A DNA stretch of 64,000 nt. Source: a virus (lineage: Duplodnaviria > Caudoviricetes). The stretch lies in IMG/VR virus record IMGVR_UViG_3300032030_002802, positions 96,001-160,000 of that record. The stretch is one strand, 5' to 3'. Below are positions 47,442 through 56,320 of the stretch, one piece after another. Made by a program: the position numbers and the translations under genes. Numbering within the stretch: position 1 is the first letter of the stretch; each line of letters starts with the position of its first letter. The notes beneath the pieces were generated by a model that saw nothing but the letters and a program-made list of their open reading frames with translations, did no database searches and had not been told where the DNA came from.

Positions 47442-48191
47442 TTACGTTACCCGCCGCGTCAGCCCCGGCGGCAGGCCGAGGCCGTCGTCAGGCGGCCTGA
47501 AATCCCAGTAGTCCCCCACCTCCAGGCGCCTGCGCACCGCTCCCGAGGTGCGTACAACAAGCTGCCTGAGCTTCGGGGTCTCCATCTTGAGCGACCACGA
47601 ATCCGTGAACCGGAAGTCGTAGGCCACCACGGACCCGTACTTCTCGTTCGAGTCCTTGCCCATCGCGTGCATCGGCTCGCGCGACGCCAGCTTGAACCAG
47701 TCGAAGCAGAAGTCGTCGGTGATGACAGGCGAGAACGCGTCGAGGTAGTCGAGCGTCGCGTCCGCGAGTGAGCACGCCTCCCCGGCCGTGGCGCCGACGT
47801 GCACGAACGACACCTGGCCGGCGCCTGTGCGGGCGTAGTGGTACTCGGCCTCCTGTATGTCCCTGCGGACGAGGCCGGTCGTGTTGCCCGTGATGGTGCC
47901 GTACTGTATCGGCGAGAGCTTGACGTAGATGGCAGGGCGGAACTCCGGGTGAGTCGCCTCCCACCTGAGCTCTGTGTCTATCCAGACCGTCGTCTTGTCG
48001 GGATCCTTGTCCCACCTGACGTCGGGCGTGCCGAACAGCCTCTCCTCGGGAGTGCCTCCCCAGAACTGCTGCACGAGCTCCGTGAAGATCCCGTACAGCA
48101 CCGTAGGCGTCTTGCGCAGCTGGCAGATCAGCTCGTTCCCCGCAAGCGCGTGGAACGGCTGTATCTCCCTGTCTGGGACGTCGTTCAGCAT
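47442..48191 (-). CDS. putative tail terminator/completion protein
   Basis: Lies between neck and sheath; RPAIYVK motif. Confidence 0.55.
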   Translation of the reverse strand: MLNDVPDREIQPFHALAGNELICQLRKTPTVLYGIFTELVQQFWGGTPEERLFGTPDVRWDKDPDKTTVWIDTELRWEATHPEFRPAIYVKLSPIQYGTITGNTTGLVRRDIQEAEYHYARTGAGQVSFVHVGATAGEACSLADATLDYLDAFSPVITDDFCFDWFKLASREPMHAMGKDSNEKYGSVVAYDFRFTDSWSLKMETPKLRQLVVRTSGAVRRRLEVGDYWDFRPPDDGLGLPPGLTRRVT

Positions 48192-48192
48192 G

Positions 48193-48996
48193 TCAGGCCA
48201 CCTCCCGCTTCACGAGGTCGTAGCACTGGTCCGTCGTCGCGGCCTCGCTCACCGAGAGCTGCTGCACGATCGGTATGCGGCGCATCTCGGCGGCGGACTC
48301 GACGGTCTGGACGTAGTACATCTTGCCGGTGCGCACGTCGCGGATCACGTCGTTCTTCTTGAGGCGGGGAGTGCCGACGGCCCGCACCGCAAGATGCACG
48401 TCGTCCTTCGTCCCGCCCACCTCGTCGTGCGACATGCCGTGCTGCCTCTGCGAGAAGCTGAACCACATGTCGAACGGCCCGTAGTGGCTCGGGTAGAAAC
48501 CGGTACCGTGGCACTTGCGGCAGTGCGAGTTGCGCACCTGCTTGGTGATCGGGTCGAGGCAGTCGGGGCACTTCGTGCCGTACTCGGCCGAAATCCACAC
48601 CTGGCCCCGCACTCCGGACATCATCCTGGCGTTGAGCTCCTCCTTGCGGAGGATCTCGCGGGCTATGAGGAACTCGCGGAGGGTCAAGTCGCCTATCGGC
48701 AGCACCGGCTCGGAGAAATGCTCCCGCCCGTCGCCGTCGACCAGCATGACCCGGTAATTGCGCGCCGCGGTCTTCCCGACCGGCTTGCGCACGTCAGCCC
48801 AGTAGTACGTGTCGGCCAGAGGCCCGGAGATGGACTCCCACGGGCCGTCAGGTGTGGGGGCCATCTGGACCGTGAACGTAAACGGTCCGGGCGCGGAGAA
48901 CGAGTCGTTGAGACGCCATCGGAACACGAACCCCTGCCCGTGGTAGGGCAGGATCTCAAGCTCTGATATCGGGATGTCCTCGTACTCGAACGACAT
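48193..48996 (-). CDS. putative neck/head-closure protein with Zn finger
   Basis: KCPDCLDP...HCRKCHGTGF; LKKNDVI...YYV barrel-like C-terminus. Confidence 0.6.
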   Translation of the reverse strand: MSFEYEDIPISELEILPYHGQGFVFRWRLNDSFSAPGPFTFTVQMAPTPDGPWESISGPLADTYYWADVRKPVGKTAARNYRVMLVDGDGREHFSEPVLPIGDLTLREFLIAREILRKEELNARMMSGVRGQVWISAEYGTKCPDCLDPITKQVRNSHCRKCHGTGFYPSHYGPFDMWFSFSQRQHGMSHDEVGGTKDDVHLAVRAVGTPRLKKNDVIRDVRTGKMYYVQTVESAAEMRRIPIVQQLSVSEAATTDQCYDLVKREVA

Positions 48997-49005
48997 TGCC
49001 GCGCC

Positions 49006-49443
49006 TCAGTTGATGGTGCCCCAGCCCAGATCCACGTTCACCGAACGCTTCATGGTGGCAACCCACTGCTTGTACTCGTCCCATAGACGGCCCCCTGCGG
49101 AGTCGTACTGCTGGTACTTGTTCTGATCGTCGACCGACAGCCCGCCGGCGCTGTACTGCAGCTGGTTGCGGCGGTACGCGTGAGCGGCCATGAACAGGAG
49201 GTTCGCGGCCGTGCCCCTGAGCAGGGCGTACCTGTACGGGAACTTGTCGTAGTCGTACGCCCCCACGTACGGCGGAGTCTCGTTCCAGTAGTCCACCGCG
49301 TGCGTCATGGCCGCACGTATCTCCTCGGTGGTGAACTGATAGTCGTCAAGCAACAGGTTGGCGTCGGGATCGTTGTCCCGCAGCCACACCCTGACGTCCA
49401 CGTCCGTCAGGTACCCGCCGTTGCCTGTCGGGCCGAGCGGCAT
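49006..49443 (-). CDS. putative head-tail adaptor (neck) protein
   Basis: Helical, 145 aa; DYWNETPP, NQLQYSAGGLSVDD; position after capsid. Confidence 0.6.
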   Translation of the reverse strand: MPLGPTGNGGYLTDVDVRVWLRDNDPDANLLLDDYQFTTEEIRAAMTHAVDYWNETPPYVGAYDYDKFPYRYALLRGTAANLLFMAAHAYRRNQLQYSAGGLSVDDQNKYQQYDSAGGRLWDEYKQWVATMKRSVNVDLGWGTIN

Positions 49444-49445
49444 CG

Positions 49446-49625
49446 CTACACGGCCTCCATCACTGACGCAAACCCGGCGTCGAACTCGTCCGGATGCGCC
49501 GTATGCTGCGCGAGACCCACGGACAGCTCGAGCAGGTCCCTGACCTGCTCGCCCTGCAGACCGGCGTCCTCGGCGACCTTGGCGAAGCCATCCATGAAGC
49601 AGTCAAGTATGTTCTCGTCGTTCAT
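49446..49625 (-). CDS. small protein (59 aa) resembling the head-protein leader (FMDGFAKVAEDAGL)
   Basis: ATG at 49625 just downstream of the tRNA; similar to AAGFCKAAEALGV. Confidence 0.65.
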   Translation of the reverse strand: MNDENILDCFMDGFAKVAEDAGLQGEQVRDLLELSVGLAQHTAHPDEFDAGFASVMEAV

Positions 49626-49655
49626 AGCGGTATACGCGTGTCTGTTACGGTAAAA

Positions 49656-49747
49656 TGGCGGAGGGGGTGGGATTTGAACCCACGGTGCAACTGTCGTCGC
49701 ACGGCGATTTAGCAAACCACTGCCTTAAGCCACTCGGCCACCCCTCC
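49656..49747 (-). tRNA. trnS: tRNA-Ser(GCU), CCA encoded
   Basis: GGAGGGGTGGCCGAGTGGCTTAAGGCAGTGGTTTGCTAAATCGCC-[long variable arm]-GTGGGTTCAAATCCCACCCCCTCCGCCA. Acceptor, D, anticodon (TTGCTAA) and T arms are present, with G discriminator. Confidence 0.95.
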
Positions 49748-49753
49748 AGCAAA

Positions 49754-49783
49754 CGGGGCCCGGCCCGTCAAGACCGAGCCCCG
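49754..49783 (-). terminator. GC-rich hairpin after the major capsid gene (weak terminator or processing/stability stem)
   Basis: CGGGGCTCGG...CCGGGCCCCG followed by only TTTG; sits 6 nt before the tRNA 5' end. Confidence 0.5.
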
Positions 49784-49803
49784 CTGCCTGGCTGGCGACG
49801 TCC

Positions 49804-50838
49804 TTAGAGGACCGCGCCAGGACCCCAGCCGGCCTTGCCGTCCCTCTGCGGGAACTTCAGGGTGGTGCCGGTGGGAACCGTCGAGGGCTTGCCCGTCTGG
49901 TTGAAGCGGGCGAGCGCGACGCCGGCGATGTTGCCGAGGCCGAAGCCGCCGGTCCAGTAGGACCACATCTCGAGGAAGTACGCCTCCTTCTTCATGAACA
50001 TGGTCCAGTCGTCAAGGTAGTAGGCCTTGCCGAGGAACTCAGGCGCAGCGAAGAAGTACACGTAGTTGTCCGGAACGAGAGCGGACTTGATCGTGAAGAG
50101 GCACTTGACCCCCATGATCGTGTCCATCGTGAGGCCGTTCTTGAACATCTCCTGCGCAAGGTCGCCACCGACCTCGTCGCGCTTCAGCTTCAGGAGGTCC
50201 TGGGCCGTCACGTCATTCATGAGGCAGATGTAGTTGCGGAGGTTGAACTTGCCCTGCTTGTTGCCGCGAGGCATGAGCTTCTTGGCTTCCGCGAAGGTCT
50301 CGCGGTTGAGCGGGTCGTAGAAGTCAATCAACTGCTTCTTGCCGGTGACGATGTTGACACCGTTCGCGTCGCAGTTGAAGATGATCGAGTTGATCGTCTC
50401 GATGAACTTGCCGTCGATCGTCGCGAGGCCGTCCTTGATGGAGTTGTCGACGAGCACCTTGCGGATGTCCATACGGTACGTACGGAGCTCGTCGATGTCC
50501 TTCTGGAACTTCGGCGTGAGGACGCGGGTGAACGGAATCGCGAAGCGCGGCCCGGTGATGTACTCGCCGGTCGGCGCCGTCTCGAACGGCACCCACATCG
50601 CGCCGGGACCGTCGGGTTCGATCTCCTCGATGATCTGGAGGCGTTCGTCGAGCGTGCGGTCAAGCATGTCGTTGGTCGCCTTCTGGGGCGGGAGGATCTT
50701 GAACGCGAACGAGTCTTCGCGGATGTGGTTGCGGATGTAATCCGTAGCCGCGTCCTCCGCGACTTTCACGTTTCCGCGCTGGAGCTGCTCGAGGATACGG
50801 GCGTTCATCATCGCGGTACTGACATTCTGTGTGGACAT
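49804..50838 (-). CDS. major capsid protein (HK97 fold)
   Basis: 344 aa; YIRNHIREDSFAFKILPP, TPKFQKDIDELRTYRMDIRK, VYFFAAPEFLGK; order protease-scaffold-decoration-MCP; strong codon bias. Confidence 0.85.
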   Translation of the reverse strand: MSTQNVSTAMMNARILEQLQRGNVKVAEDAATDYIRNHIREDSFAFKILPPQKATNDMLDRTLDERLQIIEEIEPDGPGAMWVPFETAPTGEYITGPRFAIPFTRVLTPKFQKDIDELRTYRMDIRKVLVDNSIKDGLATIDGKFIETINSIIFNCDANGVNIVTGKKQLIDFYDPLNRETFAEAKKLMPRGNKQGKFNLRNYICLMNDVTAQDLLKLKRDEVGGDLAQEMFKNGLTMDTIMGVKCLFTIKSALVPDNYVYFFAAPEFLGKAYYLDDWTMFMKKEAYFLEMWSYWTGGFGLGNIAGVALARFNQTGKPSTVPTGTTLKFPQRDGKAGWGPGAVL

Positions 50839-50856
50839 GGTGGGTATCTCCTTTCC

Positions 50857-51681
50857 TTACTTGCCCTGGGGTTTGTTCGCCGGAGCGGGAGCCGCAGGCG
50901 CGGGAGCCGCAGGCGCGGCAGGCGCGGGGGCCGCAGGGGCCTTCACGTCGGAAGCCGCGGCGGTCGCGGGCTTGCCGACCTGGAGCGGCTTGACGTTGCC
51001 GTCGGCGCCGCCGGTCGCCGCGACGGGGATCCAGGCGGTCGAGAACTCGATCACCATGGCGTTGCCGCCGCTGATGCGGGCGCCGTCCTTGCTCGCGCCG
51101 AGGTCGTTGATCCAGCGGACAAACGGAACCGCGGTCACGTAGCCGACGATGTTCGTGGGATTCGACGCGTCATACGGCGCGAGCTTGCCATCGGCGATGG
51201 TGAGCGGCTGGCCGACATAGTACGAATCCTTCTGCGCCTTGTCGAACGCAGTCGTCTGGTACTCGGCCGGCTGCAGCAGGCTGATGCCGGTGATGCGGGG
51301 ACCCTCGATCCCGTCCTGCGCGCCGAAATACGTAGGATTGGACTCGACGCCGTCCCTGTCGATGAACGCCAGGTTGTCGCCGGTCGCCTTCGTGTACTCC
51401 TTGTCGATACCATCCGCCTCCGGCGCCTGGCCGATGTTGCCGGCCATGCCGGCCTGGAAATCGTTGATTCCCATGAGGGCGATGTACGGAACGGCATTGG
51501 GCTTGGCGGCCTGCTCCGCGGTGTAGAGCGCGAAACGGGGAGTCTTGCGGGCGCCCGTCGCGTTGATGTACATGAACGAGCCACGCTCGATGTTGAGGTT
51601 GGCACCGGACTTCTCAACGGGCAGCGTCTTGTCGAGCTGACCGAGCGTGAGGTGCGCGCCTTTCAATGGACTGAACCACAT
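50857..51681 (-). CDS. capsid decoration/cement-like protein with Pro/Ala tail
   Basis: Immediately upstream of MCP; YYVGQPLTIADGKL...IVGYV; C-terminal APAAPAP repeats. Confidence 0.6.
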   Translation of the reverse strand: MWFSPLKGAHLTLGQLDKTLPVEKSGANLNIERGSFMYINATGARKTPRFALYTAEQAAKPNAVPYIALMGINDFQAGMAGNIGQAPEADGIDKEYTKATGDNLAFIDRDGVESNPTYFGAQDGIEGPRITGISLLQPAEYQTTAFDKAQKDSYYVGQPLTIADGKLAPYDASNPTNIVGYVTAVPFVRWINDLGASKDGARISGGNAMVIEFSTAWIPVAATGGADGNVKPLQVGKPATAAASDVKAPAAPAPAAPAAPAPAAPAPANKPQGK

Positions 51682-51705
51682 AGGTCTGTCTCCTTGTTTG
51701 TTGTG

Positions 51706-52062
51706 TTAATCCGCTACTTGACCGTACTCCGGATGAAGCTCCGGGAACAGCCTCGCCTCCCACGGATCTACTGAGGAGGCGGATTTTATCCCGGCCGGAG
51801 CCCCGCTACCCAGCGAGTCGGCCGTGAAAGAACTTGCGAGCTTCTCGACGAAACCCCAGATGGAAGAGGGATCCTCCGCGACCTTCTGGACGAAGACGTC
51901 CACGGATTCGCGGGCGATGAGCCCCTGGTCGGCGAGGACCTTCGCCGCACCAGAGGCCCCCTTCACGAAGGTGTCGCGCTGAGCCTTGTATGCGTCCAGC
52001 TGCGGCTGTACGAGTTTGACGTAGTCCGCCGCTTTCTTCAATATCTCTTCGTGACTTGCCAT
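51706..52062 (-). CDS. small head/scaffold-associated protein
   Basis: Helical; KKAA, KVAE, KLAS, KSAS; AAGGAGG RBS. Confidence 0.65.
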   Translation of the reverse strand: MASHEEILKKAADYVKLVQPQLDAYKAQRDTFVKGASGAAKVLADQGLIARESVDVFVQKVAEDPSSIWGFVEKLASSFTADSLGSGAPAGIKSASSVDPWEARLFPELHPEYGQVAD

Positions 52063-52074
52063 GTCGCGCCCTCC

Positions 52075-53922
52075 TTACTTCGCAGCAGCCCTCGCCGCAC
52101 GCGCCGCGTTGATAGCGGCGATGAGCTTGGACTCAGCCGTCTTCGGCTCGTCAGTCGGCGCGCCAGCCGCCGCGTCGGCAGCGGCAGGGGCCGCGGCCGC
52201 AGCAGCACCGGCGTCGGCGGCAGGTGCCGCAGCCGCGGCGCCCTCCTCCGGCGCGGGAACCCCCTCGAGCTCGCCGAGAACCTGCTGGACGTCCTGCGGC
52301 GTTAGCTCGCCGCTGGCGACGGCCTCCTGCAGCGCGGTCGCAATCTCCTCGGGGTTGACGTCGCCGGCTGCGCCGTCGCCGTCACCGTCGGCCCCGGCGC
52401 CTGCGTCGCCCCCGACGATCTCCTGGACGAGCTGGTCGGCCTCGTCCTCGGTGATCTCGCCGGACTGCACGAGCGTGTCGATGGCGTCAGCGACGTCGTC
52501 GGGGGAAATGTCGCCGACGCCGCCCTGGGGCACGGAATTGGGGTCAAGCTGCGAAGGGTCGACGGCAACCGTCTGGTCGATCGCCGCGTCTCCGGCGGCG
52601 GGCGCCGCGGCGGCCGCTGCGTCAGGCGCAGCCTGTGCGGCCTTCTCCCCGCCGGCATCGGCGGCTGCAGGGGCCGCGGCAGCACCGGCGTCCCCGGCGT
52701 CCCCGGCGTTCCCGGCACCGCCACCGTCAGCGAGAGCCTGTGCCAGCTCGACGACGACCTGGTCGGCCTCGTCCTCGGTGATCTCGCCTGACTCGACCAT
52801 TGCGTCAAGCGTGTCCGCGATCTCCGCAATGCCGCCGTCATCGCCGCCGGCACCGCCGTCGTCGCCACCGCCCGCAGCCGCGAGGGCCTCGGCCGCCTCG
52901 GCGTCCTGGGCCTGCTTGAGGATGAGGTTGATGGCGTCCTGCCGGCCCGCGTTGAACTCGGCCTGCTTCTCCGCGAGATCGTTCTGCTCGCGCAGGAAAT
53001 TGAGGGTCTTCTCGGCGGCCTCCGCGCCGGCGGCCTTTGCGAGCACGCTCTCGGCGAGCTTGGTGCCCTCCTCGGTCGCAAGCATCACGGCCGCGATCTT
53101 CGCGAGCACGTCGCTGGTGAGCTCCATGTCGAGCGCGCCTGCGGCCTTCGCTGGCTTGGCGTCCTTGCAGTCCTTGGCGTCCTTGGCAGCCTGCGCGGCC
53201 TTGGCCTTGCACTTCTCGCACTTGCCGCACGTGCATTCACCGGCGGCAGCTCCGGCGGCCTTCGCGGCCGCCGCGGTCTCGCCGGACGAACCCTCGCCGG
53301 TGGCCGGGACGGTCGCGTCAGTGGTGACCTCGGGCTTCTTGGTGGGCGGGATGACGTCCTTCGTCTGCTCCGGCTCCTTGCCCTTGTCGGTAATCAAGGC
53401 CTCGGCCGTGCCCGCGCCTGCCGCGGGCGGCGTGTCGGAAGCTGTCTTCTGCTCGGCGCCCTGCTGCTCGGCGGGCTTTGCGGCTGCCCCCTCGGCGGCT
53501 GCACCTGCGTCAGCGGCTGATCCCTTGGAGGCGGCCTCCTTGGCGGCGGCCTCCTTGGCGGCGTACCACGCGTCGACGCCGGTGATGATCTCCGCCGCAA
53601 GCGATTCGGCCGTCTTCGCGTCCGCGTCGGACGTGACCTCGGGCTTCTTGGTGGGCGTAAGCGCCGCCTCGCCGGCCAGGAGGTCGTTCGTGTGGGTGAT
53701 CTTGCTGTCGTCGCCAGCTCCGGACGTATTGAGACCCGAGTTCGGGACCATCGTCTGGTCCTTGGTCTCCTTGTCGGGCTCCTTCGCCTCTGCCGGCGGC
53801 TTGCCGTCGTGCTCGGAACCGGGAATGCTCGACGGCGGTGTGCCGACGATTTCAGCCTTCTTGGTCTCCAGCGACTTGCGGAGGCCCCTGATGTAGTCTA
53901 GTGTAGGATGTGCCATCTTCAT
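52075..53922 (-). CDS. scaffold/core-like acidic, Ala-rich protein with internal repeats
   Basis: Between protease and MCP. Three repeats of V(E/Q/A)SGE(I/L)T, two of PTKKPEVT, many K-x-A motifs. Confidence 0.7.
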   Translation of the reverse strand: MKMAHPTLDYIRGLRKSLETKKAEIVGTPPSSIPGSEHDGKPPAEAKEPDKETKDQTMVPNSGLNTSGAGDDSKITHTNDLLAGEAALTPTKKPEVTSDADAKTAESLAAEIITGVDAWYAAKEAAAKEAASKGSAADAGAAAEGAAAKPAEQQGAEQKTASDTPPAAGAGTAEALITDKGKEPEQTKDVIPPTKKPEVTTDATVPATGEGSSGETAAAAKAAGAAAGECTCGKCEKCKAKAAQAAKDAKDCKDAKPAKAAGALDMELTSDVLAKIAAVMLATEEGTKLAESVLAKAAGAEAAEKTLNFLREQNDLAEKQAEFNAGRQDAINLILKQAQDAEAAEALAAAGGGDDGGAGGDDGGIAEIADTLDAMVESGEITEDEADQVVVELAQALADGGGAGNAGDAGDAGAAAAPAAADAGGEKAAQAAPDAAAAAAPAAGDAAIDQTVAVDPSQLDPNSVPQGGVGDISPDDVADAIDTLVQSGEITEDEADQLVQEIVGGDAGAGADGDGDGAAGDVNPEEIATALQEAVASGELTPQDVQQVLGELEGVPAPEEGAAAAAPAADAGAAAAAAPAAADAAAGAPTDEPKTAESKLIAAINAARAARAAAK

Positions 53923-53930
53923 TTTCTCTT

Positions 53931-55370
53931 TTAGAGATCCTGCGCGGCAACCAGGGCCAGCAAAGCATCTCGGTTCGTATTTGACCCACCGACCTGTGCA
54001 GCCCCGTTGAGCGCCGCGGTCAAGGTCGAGACCTTGTACTCCGCGTACTTCAACGCAGTAGCCAGTATCGGCTTGTCGATAGTATTAAAACATAATTCAC
54101 GCGCACCGTCAATATGTGCACCTGCAACTTTTTGAAAATCCCCAGCTCCGTCGATCATAGTGCTGGCGATCATGTCGCCGACGCTGTCGGTGTCCGTGAA
54201 CGAAGCCTGCTTCACGCAGGCGTCGGCTGCGGCCACCTCGGAGAACCGCCGCGACGGCCGGGTGGTGAACCTGTCCACGTCGAAGTCGCTCGCCCCGGTG
54301 AAGTCGAAACGGCCGAGCCACGCGGCCTCCTTGATGGCCTGGGCCGCGAGCCGCCCGACCTCGGCGGCACGCGGGCCGACCTCGGCGTACTCGGCGCTCT
54401 TCGGGCCCATCGCGTAGCGGCAGAACGCGTCCGGGCCGAGAAACGTCCCGTTGTCGACCAGAAACGCCATGGCCTCCTTGATCGGCATCCTGCGGAGGGT
54501 GTCGATCGTGGCGTCGTCCACACGCGCCTCAGCGGCCTTGGCCACGGGGCCGAAGACCTTGCAGGTATCCGGGGAACGGGCGTAGTCGTCGTACTGGTCG
54601 GCGAGGGCTCGGACGGTCTGGTGCTTGTCGGCCGCAAGGCAGGCGTCGAGCCACGGAGGCTCCACCACGCCGGCCGCCTTGGCGAGCATCTCGCTCGTCA
54701 TGGTCTCGCCGGACGCGACCTTCAGGCTGTACGCGATGCGGTCCGCCGGGCGAGGCACGAAGCTGATGTCGAAGAAGTCGGGCAGGACGTTGCGCATAAA
54801 CGCCACCTTGCCGTTCTCGGCCACCTTGCCGAGCCCGTTCCGGATGTGGTCGCACATGTTCGGGTCAGCGTTGTTCTTGCGGTGCGCGCCGCAGACCGAG
54901 CACTCGTCCCACGGGACGCGGCAGGCCATGCTGAAGCTGCACTCGCCGGTCTTCTCCAGCGTGTCGAGCCCGGCCTTGGCCTTGTCCTTGTCGGCCCAGA
55001 TGAACAGCTCGACGCGGCCCATCTTGTCGTTGTACGCCGACGCCTTGACCGTGCCGAGGATCTCGTCCTTCTCCGCGTCGTTGTGGTGGCGCCAGAACAC
55101 GTGGCCGTGCTTCACGAACGTGTCGTGGTACTTGACGCACGCCTCCTTGGGGAACGAGTCGGAGTTGCGGTTCGGGCCGTAGGTCTCCTCGTCGCCGAGG
55201 GCCGTGAGGTGGATGCCGACGTACTTGTCGTCCGTCGGCTTGAGGCTGTCGTAGCTCTGGCCGAAGATGGTCTCGGCCTCCTTGGACATCGCCGGCGAGT
55301 TGAACTCGGCGAACTTCGCGCCGATCTCCGGCACGTCGGCGAACTGCGACGACTCTATGAGCTTTACCAT
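53931..55370 (-). CDS. prohead maturation protease (HK97/herpes-type serine protease fold, Zn-finger insertion)
   Basis: YGPNRNSDSF, VFWRHHN, ILGTV, SFSMACRVPWDECSVCG, MCDHI, FFDISFVPRPADRIA. Start MVKLIES with GGAG. Confidence 0.8.
   Translation of the reverse strand: MVKLIESSQFADVPEIGAKFAEFNSPAMSKEAETIFGQSYDSLKPTDDKYVGIHLTALGDEETYGPNRNSDSFPKEACVKYHDTFVKHGHVFWRHHNDAEKDEILGTVKASAYNDKMGRVELFIWADKDKAKAGLDTLEKTGECSFSMACRVPWDECSVCGAHRKNNADPNMCDHIRNGLGKVAENGKVAFMRNVLPDFFDISFVPRPADRIAYSLKVASGETMTSEMLAKAAGVVEPPWLDACLAADKHQTVRALADQYDDYARSPDTCKVFGPVAKAAEARVDDATIDTLRRMPIKEAMAFLVDNGTFLGPDAFCRYAMGPKSAEYAEVGPRAAEVGRLAAQAIKEAAWLGRFDFTGASDFDVDRFTTRPSRRFSEVAAADACVKQASFTDTDSVGDMIASTMIDGAGDFQKVAGAHIDGARELCFNTIDKPILATALKYAEYKVSTLTAALNGAAQVGGSNTNRDALLALVAAQDL
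54084..54112 (-). promoter_or_regulatory. sigma70 promoter TTGACG-17-(TG)TTTTAAT inside the protease gene, upstream of scaffold/capsid genes
   Basis: -35 at 54112..54107, -10 at 54089..54084, in an AT-rich patch within a GC-rich CDS. Confidence 0.7.
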
Positions 55371-55381
55371 GTCCGTCTCCT

Positions 55382-56320
55382 CTACTGCTTCTTGTAGTTT
55401 GGCTGCGTGCTGGGGCCGAGCAGCTTGTGGAGCAGCATCGCGCCGCCTGCGCCGAGAAGCCCGTACTTGCCGGCGCGGAGCCCCATCCTGACGCCGGGCC
55501 CGACCTTGGGGAATATCCCCAGAAGATTCCCGGCGTGGTAGTGGCGTGCGCTGGTCCAGTTCTTGAGCCATCCCCTCGGATGCAGGATGGCGTCAAGCAT
55601 GCCAGAACGCGGCATTCCGTTGCCATGCGCACCTACCTGCTGGATAAGGTCCGCGAACGAGGTGTACCCCCGCGTCATCTTCTTGCGGAGATCACCGAGC
55701 AGCTTCAGCTCGGCTTTCGCCATCTCGGCGTCAACACCGCGCAACGACCTTACCCTGCGCCGGAGTGAATCCAGGATCCGGTTTGCACGCCTCGTGCCAT
55801 CTTCGGTGGCGTCGTACATGGCCAGCCTGTTTTTCAGCGCATTGCGGATCTCCGCAGAAGCGCCGGAACGGACGGCCTCGTCGTAGAGCCTCCTCGCATC
55901 CCTCGCTGCATCCGTGCGTTTGCTGACTGCAAGCCCCCCGAGACGCTGCGTCTCGTCGCGCAGCGTCTTCACCAGTCCGACCCCCGTCGCGCCGACGCCG
56001 ACGCCTGCGCCGATACCGGCGGCACGCCCGTAGTTGGAGCTGAGCTTGTCGTTGTCCGGAGCCAGGCTGCCGGAGTCGCGGAACATCGCAAGGCCCTTGG
56101 GGACGGCATACCCGGCCACTCCTCCGAGCAGCGCGCCGGTGAGCGCGTCGCCGACCGGCGCGAGCTTGCTCTCCTCGGGATCCCGCTCGCCGAGCAGGCT
56201 GGAGCCGCCCAGCACGAGCCCGCCAAGCGCGGACCCGATGATCGCGTTGCGCGCGTCCGACCTGGACATCATCTTGCTCCAGTCGACGGACGACACCATG
56301 TCCTTGAGTGAATTGGCCAT
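55382..56320 (-). CDS. Gly-zipper membrane-type protein, possible internal virion/ejection protein
   Basis: AIIGSALGGLVLGG, ALTGALLGGVAGYA, AGIGAGVGVGATGVG, GLLGAGGAMLL helices; basic middle region. Confidence 0.55.
   Translation of the reverse strand: MANSLKDMVSSVDWSKMMSRSDARNAIIGSALGGLVLGGSSLLGERDPEESKLAPVGDALTGALLGGVAGYAVPKGLAMFRDSGSLAPDNDKLSSNYGRAAGIGAGVGVGATGVGLVKTLRDETQRLGGLAVSKRTDAARDARRLYDEAVRSGASAEIRNALKNRLAMYDATEDGTRRANRILDSLRRRVRSLRGVDAEMAKAELKLLGDLRKKMTRGYTSFADLIQQVGAHGNGMPRSGMLDAILHPRGWLKNWTSARHYHAGNLLGIFPKVGPGVRMGLRAGKYGLLGAGGAMLLHKLLGPSTQPNYKKQ

Noticed and set aside
49656-49747. tRNA as a prophage attachment site or as a suppressor/Sec tRNA
   Set aside because: No integrase, no duplicated 3' fragment seen, and phage genes lie on both sides. 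The anticodon is GCT (Ser).
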